A stretch of DNA of 64,000 nucleotides from assembly GCA_012295275.1 (NCBI GenBank), contig CM022679.1, forward strand, positions 29,140,001 to 29,204,000, given 5' to 3'. The translations under genes were made by a program, and so were the position numbers. The notes beneath the pieces were generated by a model that did no database searches, was not told the origin of the DNA, and saw nothing but the letters and a program-made list of their open reading frames with translations. Positions 1 through 14,280 of this stretch are shown piece after piece; within the stretch, counting starts at the first letter, position 1; each line of letters begins with the position of its first letter. This DNA is from Chrysomallon squamiferum (lineage: Eukaryota; Animalia; Mollusca).

Positions 1-682
1 TCTCTTCGTACAAACTTTATCAGTAGACTTAACAGCGCCTGCTAGTTCGCTAAATTACTGGGTGACGTGTTTCATTGGACTAATTCGCGATTACCAGACC
101 CTCTCTCTCTCTCTCCCCTATTCAAAACACTGGATCCCTCACTGCACTGGCAACCGTTTGGTATCTGTAGTATGTGAAGAATCTCTGATGATATATAACT
201 CTGTGTAGTACATCCATCATTTTTTTGTATTTTTAAATTTGAAGAGTTCTTAATTGTCTGTAACTCGCCAAGCAGTATATTATGAGCGATAGTAAAATAA
301 TAGTTTAAAAAGAAAATCTCATAAAATAAATAAAGGAAAGCATAAACTAACTAGATTAAAAACACGAAACGAACTGTGAGAAAAACTTTAAATAAATAAA
401 TAAATAAATAGATAGATAAATAAATAAATAAACGATCGCAAAAACAGTACGAATAAAAATTTTAATTGAAAAACTTCTTCAAATATACATACATACATGT
501 ATATCCATATATTATGTACACATATTCATATAATCATTTATTTACTTATTTCTTTATTATTTATGAACGTGTATGTATGTATGTATGTATTTATGTATTT
601 ATTTATTTATTTATTTAAATATTTATTTATTTATGTATTTATGTATTTATATATTTATTTATTTATATATTTATTTATGTAT

Positions 683-729
<47 letters not shown>

Positions 730-751
730 TTTGTTTATTTATTTATAACAG

Positions 752-943
752 AACTTCATGGAACAGCGTGTTGATGGTAGAATACTTCCTCTGCTTACCA
801 CAGATCATCTGATAAAAAATCTGGGTATGAAACTTGGACCAGCAGTTCTGCTCACCGAGGCAGTCGCCAAGAAAATACAGGAAGCGGGAAAACTGCTCAC
901 GTGCGAGAGTTGCCGAGGTCTGCTCCCAGGGCCGGCGGTTTAA
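752..943 (+). CDS. Terminal coding exon of a SAM-domain protein (SAMD7/SAMD11/Samuel or Ph/Scm-type SAM), C-terminal half of the domain; upstream exons are outside the window
   Basis: A T-rich tract and CAG acceptor (749-751) precede a phase-0 exon, NFMEQRVDGRILPLLTTDHLIKNLGMKLGPAVLLTEAVAKKIQEAGKLLTCESCRGLLPGPAV, with TAA at 941-943. This matches the SAM pattern F.EQ.IDG..LPLLT.EHL...MGLKLGPA recalled for SAMD7/SAMD11. Confidence 0.85.
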   Translation, partial: NFMEQRVDGRILPLLTTDHLIKNLGMKLGPAVLLTEAVAKKIQEAGKLLTCESCRGLLPGPAV

Positions 944-1299
944 TAACATGAATATTCATGAGGTTTTAAAAAACATTATTGATGTCAGGTGTTGTATGAC
1001 GTCAGTGCACTTTAGTTCAATATGGCGGACTGGAAATAACAAAAATTTTAGCAGAACGAAAAAGACGATTGAAAGAAAAAGACGATTAACACACAAAGTT
1101 TTTAAGCTGAACTAAATAACACTGTCGTCGTTTTAGTGAAATGTGTTTGCTAAAAAGAATATTATTTTATTTTTTAAGAATTTTAGAAATTGATATCGCC
1201 AGAGAAATTGCGTTTTTTGTGTTTTTTTCATAAGTTAATACAGTTTTATTTTGTTTTGTTATTATTACTTCATGCAGATGTAATTAACTGTTATTGTTG

Positions 1300-1365
<66 letters not shown>

Positions 1366-3544
1366 GACCAAATTTTAAAAACGAAAGTTAAAAATAAAAT
1401 AGAATAATAATAATAATTTTGTAATAAAAATGTCACAAAATGATAAATCATTAACAAAATTACATAAAAAAAAACAATCCCCCATACACATTTTTAACAC
1501 TGTTATCATGAATGAAAGCCAATGATGAATACTGATTATTAAATATTTAATATAAAAAGTAAAAGAAACTTGTGTATATATAACGATTCAAAAGTGCTAG
1601 ATGTTTTAGATTTTAATTATTTTTTTATTTTTTGTAAAAACTGGCGACCAAACTAGAACGGCAGATTTAAGAATCATTCAGATTGAATGATGAACAAACA
1701 TACGTCATCATAAAGAAGTGTGATTTTCTATAAGAAACATTCATTTTTTAGAAGAAAAATAAGAAAAAGGCAAAAAATAATAGTAACGTAGCCGAAAAGA
1801 TGAAATAGTACCTTGAGTCTACATTTGGGGTTAACTAATTTATTTTTACTTTTTATATTTATATATTTATTTATTTTTTATTATTATTTTTATTTATTTA
1901 TTTATTATTTTTATTTTTTAATATTATTATTATATTTTTTTTTTTCCAAGATGGAATTTCTAACTTCATTTCATAAACAGGTATATTATATAGGAGTGAA
2001 AGTCGTTTTCATTTTCACGAGCAGTTTTTATAAAGATTATTCCATATACTGGACTGTGTCATGATAAACTGTTTTACTGTCTTCAAAATCGTTAAGTCTC
2101 TTTTTAAACCGATTCTCAAAACTCTTGGCACATGCTGCAACAAAATTAATATTAGTAAGTCCCGGAAACCTCAAAATGACATTTGTTTGTAGATACGCAA
2201 CCCAACTTGAAGATTTAAATATCAGCTGCTTTGCAAGTTTGTATAAAAAAACCCACTGATTTTTGTAAATTATATAAAAAGTTTCTTCTCTTTGGAGGCA
2301 TATTTTCAAATTATGATTTTTTTTTTAAAATTCTATTTTGAGTCGGAAGTTTGTAAAATATTTCTGTTAACTAGTATTTCGAATGCACCCGAGACAACGG
2401 GTTCATTGTGTAATATAATTATTGTTTGTATATAGATATTTATTTTTGACCACTTTTGTTATGTGTTTTGAAAAGCGATTTTGTCATATTTGTATTGAAA
2501 CGTAGAAATAACTGCAAGTGTTCGTTTTAATAAATTATCAAAGTGTAAATAAAATACCACAGATCACATTTTTCTATTGTGTTTTTACTTCTTTTTTCTT
2601 TTTAAAAAAAATATATGCTAGTTTAAACACGCATAAGCATAAGCTTCAGAACACATATACAGTATACATACATACAAACATACAGTCAGATATATTAGGT
2701 TGCGATGGTACTTCAGTGTATATTTGCATATCTAAATACACACACACGCGCACACACAAAAGTAAAACTATGGGAATACAAAAATTTGCTAAAATTATAT
2801 GTATATATATTTAAGACAGGGTTGAAGGAAGTAGAAAATACTGTTAAAACAAAAATTTATCATAAATATTTGATTTCCTGATCTCACTCACCTAAACGGC
2901 AAACTCTTACCCTTTCCTAATGTCTGGTTAGAAGATTAATAAATAAAACTATTTACAACAAAACAACAACAACAACAACAACAAAAATATATGTTTCTTA
3001 AGATGATATAGTCATTAATTATAATAAGTGAAAAATAAATATTTGTTAACCCATCGAAATGTTTTATTATTAAATATTTTGTTAACATTAAAAACAATCG
3101 CCTGAGAAATAATAGTCAAAACACAGCTATAACACTTTCTGGCATTACTCTAATACTCAGTTTCACTGACTGAACTTTTCCTTCTTGCGCAGTCGCAGTT
3201 AACTAAGAAAATAACTAATGAACTACCTAGACAGCTGGCAAACTAACTTGTAAAATAATTTGCCAGCTAAATGACTAAAAAAATTAAGAATTAACGATAA
3301 ATAAACTTAGCTGGAGAAAAGACAGATTTATCCTGGGTAACACCTCAAACATATCTGTAGACTGACCTTTTTGTTACTATTGTTACCGATTCTTATATCG
3401 TATAAATTTCACAAATGGGTTACAGCTGGTTAAATAGAACAAAATGATAGAGAATTGGAGAAAAGAGGATTTATTTATTTCATTTATTTATTTATTCATT
3501 CATCCATTCATTTATTTTATTATTATTTTATTATTATTATTGTT

Positions 3545-3592
<48 letters not shown>

Positions 3593-4359
3593 TATCGTCA
3601 CTGAATTACTTGTCAGACTTTTGTAAAATGTAAACCTGGATGACGGCCTAAGGAGCAGAAGTGACTTAAGTAAATTATATATCTCCCCCATTAATGGGGT
3701 ACGGGTAGCTACGAGGATACGATCAAATCTGCTGCTGGTAGGTTTTCACAAATGACTTCTGCAGCATATAAAACAACAATAAAACCACAACAACATAACG
3801 TTGATAAACAAAGCAACAACACAGATTATATAACCTATGACACTTGTTCTATGTATTCAAAGTATTAGGTTAAAGTACAGAAACTTGTCACCGTGGCTGT
3901 TTAATGTTTAAACGTATCAATGGTAGGACAGGTTATAATTCATAAAGTTCTTCAAGCAAATTGGAAATTAGAAATTACTCTCAAACTATATACCATATTC
4001 AGCAAAATTAAGAGGTGATTAAAAGGCGAAATAAGTTAAATAATAGACTTTGTACTGAGCAATATTTGTACTATGTGTCGTGTCACATATCTGAACCTTA
4101 CAGGACAAGGTCCAAGTTGAACTCGTCCCGACCGAATAGCGTCCACAACCTAGATCGGATACTGTTTGCACCAGTTTTATTATGTAATTTCTACATTTGT
4201 CGCTGTTGTTGTTGTTGATACTGTCGTGGTAGTAGCAGTAACTCTAACTGGTGGTGGTGTTCTGAATTTTAAAAGTAACAGATTTTACAGCAAAGCGAAT
4301 ATCAGGAAAGAAATAGAAGTTTTAAATTAAACAAACAAACAAACAAACATACAAACAAA

Positions 4360-4402
<43 letters not shown>

Positions 4403-4709
4403 AACAAATAACATTAAAACTTAGAGAAAGGTAAAAAAAAGGAAAATATCAAATAAAAAACATTACATATAAAAATATTTATAGTCTTAAACAAAATAGA
4501 AAGAAATAAAAAGAAAATAATAAATAACGTATACAAGTATTTTAAAAGCGCCTTTTAAAATTAAAGAAAGATAAAAGAGGAGGCAAATTACTTTATTTTT
4601 ATTTTTATTTTATTTTATTTTTTTTTAAATTTATTTAAAAGGAAACAAAAATTAAAAAAAAAAAAACACACAAGAAAAGAAAAGGAAAGAAAAGAAGAAA
4701 AAAAAAAAT

Positions 4710-5616
4710 CGACTTGGTAATTTGCTCTGGCGCCCGCAATCGCCGTAAAACCCGGGGTGATTATCCGGTGTTGTTTTAAGTCATTTTTAGCGGTTATTTA
4801 TGGTATTTCCACCAATTATCGATCACCTGCAGTGTGAAATAAATCGCTTTGTAACCTGCAGGACGGAGTCGCCAGCTCGCGCGGGTCGCGACTGCGCACT
4901 GGCAGGCGCAATAAAACAGCAACTTCTCAAACACCCCGCTGACAGCACGCAACTGATTTATCTGCAATACTTTCCAACAACTTTAGCAGCCGAACACTCG
5001 ATAGCAAAAGGCGTGAGTGCACGTAGAGAGAAAAAAAAAAAAAAAAAAAAAAACCCTTTGTTTGTCGTGGAAGATCTATGTTTTATTTGCCGCTTCTATT
5101 ACGGACTATTTACCACGTTCAGTGCTATTGAAAAGTCGCAGATAAACGCGAGCGAGATTTACGATCGACGCGTCGTCCGAGATACAAAACGATCCCTTCA
5201 AGTGCGGACCATCGCCCGCCGAAATATATTTCGCGTTAGATCTATTATTTAGTCGCACGGATCCGGAAAAAGTGCTGGCATTGTACTTTTCGTGAACGAG
5301 CTATCCGTTTCGGTTCGATCTTTCACCGAGGTGGAATATCAAACGAACAGTGAGAGTGGGTGTTAGAAGTAAAGCCGCGAGCCGTTACTCATTCTCGTTT
5401 TCGCGTTTTGTTTTCCACCCCACACGAAACCCAGCCGCAGACTACACCTCCCGGACGTCTTTGATCCCGCCGGTCACAATGCAGCTGATTTAAATTTTTA
5501 TTAATCTTCGTAGCTCACCGATCCACTTATCTGAATAATTCCGCACAAAAGTTTACCTCGAGACTATCCGACGTTGCATTTAAATCCGTAACCATGGCAA
5601 CCGAGTACCAACCGGC

Positions 5617-5675
<59 letters not shown>

Positions 5676-5910
5676 CGGTCGGTGATGTAAATTCCTCCCC
5701 CCCGATGATGGCGCACCGCAGTTGTATTGAATGATTTAACACTCACGGCGCGGTATTGCTCGTTTTGCGACTATGAAAAGATAAGACATCAAAGAGAAGG
5801 TCTTTTCAAAGCTGCCATTTAACCGCGTACGTTACTGATCGATAACATTAAATTGTACGTACACCACTTTACACTCGAGACATAAACACTACAGCGTCAT
5901 GCGTGCTTGA
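4710..5910. promoter_or_regulatory. CpG-rich non-coding block (candidate enhancer or promoter) with an RFX X-box
   Basis: High CpG density relative to its flanks, and GTAACCATGGCAAC at 5588-5601. Similar blocks lie at about 12250-12900, 13560-14070, 15590-16010, 17400-17675, 33390-33760 and 54810-55230. Confidence 0.4.
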
Positions 5911-6049
5911 GTTTGAATTAAAGTCTTTCAAGTTTTTTAAAATAAAAAAATGGGGGGAAAATAACTTTTCGTTCCTTTTTTTTTTATATCTCTTTTTCAT
6001 TCTCGTCTAATTATATGCTGTGTGTGTGTGTGTGTGTGTTTGTGTGTAT

Positions 6050-6151
<102 letters not shown>

Positions 6152-6660
6152 AAACAGATATAAAAACAGCCTGTCACTGGACTATTGTTGTTCATGTTAC
6201 ATATACTTACATATAAAACCCTAAATAATAACAAAGACAACAACAACAATAATAATATTATTATTTTCACACGTATTTTTCGTCACTGTTTTATTATTGT
6301 TCAGTTTTGTTTTAAAATATCACGCGCACACCGCGCCCTTTCTCGTGTGTGTCATTCAACGCTTCCAGTTTTGCAATCGATTCCTGCTGGCTGTGGAACA
6401 CGTGTTTTGCTGCTGTCAGAGTGTTGTCAATGTGTTGCGGTGTGGGGCAGACGACACGCGCGAATTTGGCATTGATTGGAAGATAACATCTGCAGAGTGT
6501 CTGTTTTAGCCGAGCGATTTCGTGACAATGAAACAGACCCGACACTGGCGACAGACGTACGTAGCTTGACATTATATAATGAACAGAGGCCTTATACTAT
6601 ATTGTTTTTATTTATTTATTTATTTATTCTTCTTCTTCTTCTTCTTATTATTATTATTAT

Positions 6661-6777
<117 letters not shown>

Positions 6778-8862
6778 AAAAAGAAACAACGGAATTATCT
6801 CCAGGGGCAATCAAGTACACAGATATGTTTTCAGAATTTCTCTCCTAACACTTGCCTTAATCGTTTTTGCAAAGTTTAGCGTTATATATGTTGTCGTATG
6901 ATTATTACAAAATTTTCGAAGAACACATAAGTAGCTTTCTCTTATTACAGACTAGAAAACAAACCTTGACTAGCCTACACAGCAATTCATCAATTATTAC
7001 TCGTCAAAACTCAGATCCACGCCGTGATAATCAAAATTAGGTCGCTGGTGCCGAACACTTCGTTAATATTTCAGTTTGCTCGTCAGTTTAAATGTCACTG
7101 TTTTGTTCTAGCCAAAACACTTGTATGTCGTGGGTTTTTTTCTGGGTTTTTTTTTGTTTTGTTGTTGTTGTTGTTGTTTTTTTGTCTTTTTAAGTGGAAA
7201 AACAGTAACAACACTAGCAAAACTTAATTGCAGTTTCTTTTTCAATTAATTTATTATCATTGAATTACGCTCTAGATATATAATTGCTTGACTATCCCTC
7301 TACTTTACTTTGAATAACAATTATCATAAGATACTAAATAAATAAATAAATAAATAAATAAATGTCAAGTACATTTATAGTGAACTCAACATAAACTTTA
7401 TCAAAGAATTCCGTTCGAGAAAGATTTCCAGTATCTCCGATACAATACCTTTAAAATGAACATTAAAGCTGAAATGGGTGTGTCTGAAGTAGTACGTCAT
7501 ATCTACACGTGGCTGCCACTGGCTGTCATGAAAAACAGATAATTTGCTAACATGAAGAAACGAGGATATTAAATTTGCTGTCTGCAACAAAGAAAATCTT
7601 TGATAACGCAATTCTGATACGCATTTCATAGTGTTCGTCCTTTCGTTCGTTTATTTATTTATTTTTAATTTTTAAAATAGCATTGTTTGTTATTATAGTT
7701 GATGTTGTTTACATTAAAATTCTAAAATTCAGTTTGAACGAAATAATGACAACAACCTACTATACTACTACTCCTTCTTCTACTGCTACTACAGCTGTAT
7801 TGCTGCTGCTACTACTGCTATTTTTACTTCTACAATATAACTACTTATCTTACTACAACTACTATTTATTTCTATTACTGTTGATAATAATTGATACTGC
7901 TGCTACTACTACAACAACAACAACAACAACAATACAATACCAACAACAGCAAGAACAATAATGCTAAAACACGAACAAAGCAAATAAGTAAAAATAATAT
8001 TCGCTATTCAGTTTAAGACTTCACGAACCTTTTGTATTTTATGTTGCACGGCTTTTTAAAAAACGAGCAGAACAACAAGAACAAAAAGAAGAAGAAGAAG
8101 AAGAAGAAAAAGCAGCGTCACACCAGATGTTGGCCACGGTGTTGTAACGGGGAGGGGTGCGCGGGAATGCTTACTCAAAACGGAATAACAAAGGCTATTT
8201 ATTTGCATTCAGTGAAACATAAGATCCTGTGAAATTCTCCTTAGCTTCAATAACAGCTTAACGATCGCGATTCTCGCTCCTGTAAAATCCATTTACGTAA
8301 TGTTAAGCATCTTTGCCTGTAAAAAATCGCTCGCAGCTATTATCAAATGACGTGTAACGGAAAGAAAAGCAGTAGCTGTAACGCTACAGCCGAACGACGT
8401 ACGGAAATTCCTCTACGGAGTTAACCGAACACCTCGCTGTCAGGTCTTACACCACACCTTTTTTTTCCACTTTTTATTTTTTTTTTTTTTTTTATCATTA
8501 TTTTTTTTTTTTTTTTTTTTTTTTCTCCTTGAAAATGATTACTTGTTCTTTAAACGAAATGCTTAATTTACTGTAGTTTCCTATTGGTCAAAATTCGTAT
8601 GAAGAGTGAGGTGTGGGGGGAACAGTAACAGGAGGGTGGGAGAGTGTGAAAGAAAGAATAAGAAACAAAGAAAGGAAGACAGAAGAAAAAAGAAACTACG
8701 TTACGAAACCGACAGAATGTCATGCAGCTGGATTTTGTCTTTTGAAATTTTTACCGTCTTTTTCTTTAAATTTAAAAAAAAAAAAAAAAAAAAGAAAAAA
8801 AAAAGATCGTTCTGCAGTTTTCACTTTACGATCCCGAGTCACAGCTGTTAAAACTCGAAAAT

Positions 8863-8909
<47 letters not shown>

Positions 8910-9146
8910 AAAAAAAAATAAAAATAACAGAAGAAGAAGAAGAAGAAGGAATAAAAGTACGGAAGAGACAAACAAAGAGATAAGGAACAATGAAAGAACG
9001 AAAGAAAATTCAAGAATGAAGAAACAAAGAAAGGAATGAACGATAGAATAAATTAGTGAAAGAAGAGAAAAACGTAAAACGAACGAATAAATATGGGATA
9101 AAACAACTATAAGACTGGTTTGCTGTTTTCAGCTGTGGAAATAAAG

Positions 9147-9240
9147 CTGAAGTTTTTGAGTAGATAACTGAAGTTTTTGAGTAGATAACTGAAGTTTTTA
9201 AGTAGATAACTGAAGTTTTTGAGTAGATAACTGAAGTTTT
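9147..9240. repeat. 21-bp tandem repeat, about 4.5 copies
   Basis: Unit ctgaagtttttgagtagataa. Confidence 0.9.
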
Positions 9241-9323
9241 GGTATCGCTAGAGATGTTTCCTTATTATTAAAAAATTTGTTGTAACATTTACGAATTTTC
9301 GTTATTACTATAAGTTTGTATTA

Positions 9324-9462
9324 TATGTAAAATTTTGTGATTGCTACAGCTTTGTGTTAGTAGTATATGTAAAGTTTTGTTATTGCTACAGCTTTGTGAT
9401 TGCTACAGCTTTGTGTTAGTATGTGTAAAGTTTTGTGATTGCTACAGCTTTGTGTTAGTATA
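9324..9462. repeat. About 40-bp tandem repeat with internal sub-duplication
   Basis: Four copies of the core ttgctacagctttgtg. Confidence 0.85.
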
Positions 9463-9567
9463 TATCAAGATTTTTTTTATTGAAACAGCTTTGTAATAAA
9501 AATTGGTTTATACTAGAGAAATATATAGCGAAAAAAGAGAGAAAGAAAGAGTGAGAGAGCGAGATAG

Positions 9568-9650
<83 letters not shown>

Positions 9651-9719
9651 AACTGACTGACTAACCGGTATTTCCTTTGTAGTGGTGTCAAATTTTGTTT
9701 CTCATCAGAATCACAAATA

Positions 9720-9872
9720 GTAGGCGGGGCTAGAAATACAAAGAGGCGGGCGCTTCTGTTTAACTGTCGTTACGGCAATAAATTCTAACAACCAATCAAC
9801 ATTAGCTTAGCACGGTAGAGCGGATTTAGTGAATGGATTTGGTCACGTGATCTCCTGTGACGTTATAAAGGC
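9720..9872 (+). promoter_or_regulatory. Promoter-like motif array: GC box, GC box, CCAAT, E-box, TATA
   Basis: GGCGGGGC 9723, GGCGGGCG 9745, CCAAT 9792, GTCACGTGA 9842, TATAAAG 9864. Confidence 0.4.
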
Positions 9873-11975
9873 TCTTTGCAATGGAAATAAAAATTAACTT
9901 TAAAAAAAAGGAAAATACATATATGTGTGTGTGTATATATCTAATTGGAATTAATATAAACGGCACAATGGCGGTTAAAAGTTCAGCGGGTTATGACTGT
10001 TCTATTTAGAGAACGAATTTGTCATCAGCCGATTCCGTAGTTCATTCACCTCCGCAGACGTCTGCCCGGGTCTCGCGCTAAAACAAAACATGACGTCACT
10101 TTTGGCAACGTGCAGGAACCATTGTCAGCCTCGTTTATGAAAACCACTGCTATTACAGCAGTTTTAAATACAGAGTTTATTTTTGAATTTGAACTTTAGC
10201 AGCGATGTTTTATATAATTATAACGTTAGTGTTACTGTTGTTATATTTTTAATGATTAAAACATCTAACAACAATAACAGAGGCTTAGTAAAAAGCCCTG
10301 TTAATGGAATTAATAATAGTAACAACGACAACAACAGCAACAGCAGCAACAGCAGTAACAGAAGTTTAATTGTATACTGTTGATGATTCAGTTGTTGAAA
10401 GTTGTAACAATAACAACGACGGCCACGGTGTAATAATACAACAGTTGTTTCATTTATCTGTTTTTGTTTGTTGGTGTTGATGATGTTAACTTGATTAAAG
10501 CATTGTTTTATTCTACTCAGTTTCCTTAGTCCAGTGTGAATGAAACCGCTAATTTCAGATATAATCATCATCATCATCTTCATCATCACTGTGTTTTGCA
10601 CTGAGGGTATTTTCAGATATAATCTTCATCATCATCATCCATATCATCATCACCATTCAGCTATAATCATCATTATCATTATCACCATAATTATCATTAT
10701 TATCATCATCACTGTTTTTTTTTTGTATTCTGAGAATTTTCATCATCATCATTATTATCATTATCATCATCATTCTTGTTTTATTGTTAGTATTTTCAGA
10801 TATAATCATCATCATTGTTGTTTGTATTGTTTCTTGTGCGTTTTTGTTTTTTGTTTATTCATACCAGTTGTTCTTGATCGTCATCTTTTCGTTGCCGCTG
10901 TTACTGTAGATGTTGTTACTATTATTGCTGTTGTTGTTGCTATTTTATTGACAAAACTGTCGGCTTCAAAACCCTAATGAGAGAAAAGAAAAAAACAACA
11001 ACAGAAAAACAAACAGCTACGGCAGCGTTCATGCTAATTCGCACACTATTTATGTCGCTGTGTTATCAGTGTTGCCGTAGTTGCAGAAGAAACATCGCTG
11101 CTGCTGCTGTTACTGATAATGTTGATAATGATAATTATTCTACCTTTGTATCTTGCTTAATAATAAAAAAATAAGAGTAATAAATAAATGATATAAAACA
11201 AACAAATAAATAATATAAAATAAATAAATAAATAAATAAAATAAATAGATATATAAATAAATAGATAAATAAATAAATAAATATATAAATAAATAAATAA
11301 ATAAAAATTAAACAAACAAATAAAGATAACAAACAAATAGCACAGTAAAAAAACAACAACAACAAAAAAAACAACAATCAACTTGTCAAAGCGTTTTTCA
11401 TTTAAAGAAAGTTTCTCCGGTCCAGTCATACTCGCATCACTTTAATTTGATTCATCTGCGCACGTGCAATACACGCGAGAGATACGTTTCTCGTAATTGC
11501 ACATTACGAATTCCGTGCATGAAAAATGGCAACAGTAAACACTTGATGTGTTGCGTTACAAAAATATCCTCACAATTAGAAACAGATGCGACGAGCGAAA
11601 CAAACCACGCACGAACAGAAACGAGTTTTTTACTTTTACACAGCTCCACTACAAACTTAATAACATTCTTCTTTTGCATTTTCTTTCTTTCTGTCTTTCT
11701 TTGTACATACACACACACACACACACACAGGGCACCACTAATATATGTATATTCTATTTTTTATTTTGTTCTTTTCACTAATATATGTATATTCTTTTTT
11801 TATTCTGTTCTCTTTTTTTGTGTTTCTTTGTTTCTTTAAATTGTTCTTTGTCCTTATTTTCTTCCCGTCTTTCATCTTTATTTCATTTATTTATTCGTTG
11901 TTTCATTTTATTTTATCTTGATTCCTTTCCTTGTTTTATTCTTTCTTTCGTTCGTACGTTCGTTCGTTCGAGATC

Positions 11976-12175
<200 letters not shown>

Positions 12176-12739
12176 TTACGAAATGTCAGTAAACAAACAA
12201 CATTCTCTTTCTTGGATGTTTGTTTTATGAAATTATTAATTCCAGCCGACGTTTCGAGGCGGTACTGAGTGTTAACAACGGCTGAGAAACACGACTGACT
12301 GAGAGAGAGTGTATTGATAAACAGAAAAAAGAACTCGGTCTACAAGCGCCGCGTTCTCCGCCAGCTGATCAATGACTTGTGCATTAGTCTGGCGGGCACC
12401 ATAACAGTTTCCCCGATAACGCCAGCAAATCGTTACGCCGCACTTCACGCCGTCAAAACGATCCGCAGTTTCTATCGAGCGGTCGGCTACAGTCTACGCA
12501 CGCCCCGCAGCGAGAAACGAAAGAGAGAAAAAAAAAAAAAAAAAAGTTCTAGAAGCGCCGACTCGAAAATGTTTAGAAATCAATGAGGCAGACGGTGTGT
12601 AATTTTCCCGCTCTCTCTCTTTACCACGATCATCCTCTCGTGCCAATCAAACCGCGCGCCAATAACAGCCCCCGAGCGCCTCCTGCATGACCGCATTTCC
12701 AGACGATCGACCGGTCCGTGAGCGCTTTCCATTTCTTCT

Positions 12740-12770
<31 letters not shown>

Positions 12771-12921
12771 CGTTTTCTTTTCAATTCTCGTTCTCCACTT
12801 CCGCCGGTCGGACACAACTGGAGGAGATTCAGCGCGAGACTTTGTTTTTCCGTGAAACATTTGTTAGGCTTCCTTCTAAATTAAGCCGCATCTAATATCG
12901 CAGATATGCAAAGGAGGGATT

Positions 12922-12966
<45 letters not shown>

Positions 12967-13091
12967 CTATTATTATTATTATCGAAGAAAGGAAATACAA
13001 ACCTTTAGGCGAGTTGATGGCAGACCCGGAAAGATTTATGTCGTTTTTATTATATAGGTTTTTTTTCTCTTTCTTGTTTTTGTTTTTCTTT

Positions 13092-13161
<70 letters not shown>

Positions 13162-14073
13162 AAATAATGAGAGTGCAGAACGTGCAGATTCTATGTATGT
13201 TTCTGCGTCTGAATATACATTGTATTCGGATGTTTCAGAGACAAAAACAATTATAATTGTATTATACTGAACAGTTCTATTATACACACGCACAAACACA
13301 CACACACACACAGACACACATATACATATAATTATTGTTATATTTATTATTTTGTAATAATATATAGTATTACACTGTATTGCATTTTCTTTATTGATTT
13401 GCTTTGTGTTTTTCATTTTTTTATTTTATAATCAGTCATGTTCATCGTGTATTCTGTAATTCAGTTCTGCGTTGTATTGTGTTCACTGCACTATAATAAA
13501 TTGTGATGTTGTATTATATTGTATTGTATTGTATTGTATTGTTCATAACACAACAAACGATATTACACGCTGTCTTCTTCGTCTGCGATCGATCTCGTTT
13601 TTCCGTGACACTAATTTAACAACCCGTTCCAATCGGAGGTTTTAGCGATCACGTGACCCCGACGATCTCTCTCTCTCTCTCACTCTCTCTCTCTCGTTCT
13701 CTCTTTCTCTCCGTCAGTTCAATTTCCCGATATTCCCCGCTAGAACTTCGATATCCGATTGTCGCAGATTTAATTCCGTATAATTTGAGCAGGAATCAAG
13801 GATTTCGTCGGCCGCTGTTTATCGGAATAACCGCAGCGCTGATCACGACGTGCTCGCGCTCTTGTTTGGCTTTCGTCGTGGAATTGTTGTTTTTCAGTCG
13901 CCGGAGAGCTCTCTGGTTCACTTGGCGCTCTTCCTGCACGAACCGCGAGTTTGCTGAATATGACGCAGAAACCGTTAACGGATGAACACATTTCGATATT
14001 TGCTTTTGTTCGTCGCCCTCGTGTTTACCAACGTTGTTACCGTCTAGCACTTTGCACAAACGTTCAACCGATA

Positions 14074-14280
14074 TAAGGCCAAGAGAAAACATTGAAAGGT
14101 GTTTTTTTTTCTTCTATTAAGGCCAAGAGAAAACATTAAAAGTTGTGTGTTTTTTGTTTTGTTTTTTTTTCTTTTAAGGCCAAGAGAAAAATATTTAAAA
14201 AGTTTTTCTATTAAGGCCAAGATAAAAATATTTAAAGGTTTTTTCTATTAAGGCCAAGAGAAAATATTAAAGGTTTTTCT
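14074..14280. repeat. Variable-length tandem repeat, 5 copies
   Basis: Core taaggccaagagaaaa..tt.aaag.t, followed by T-rich spacers of variable length. Confidence 0.85.

Noticed and set aside
4800-5252. 150-aa ORF in a CpG-rich block
   Set aside because: It runs through a poly-A tract, has no domain similarity and has no supporting splice structure.
14074-14280. Repeat with variable spacers as a CRISPR-like array
   Set aside because: The spacers are related T-rich slippage variants, and there are no cas genes.
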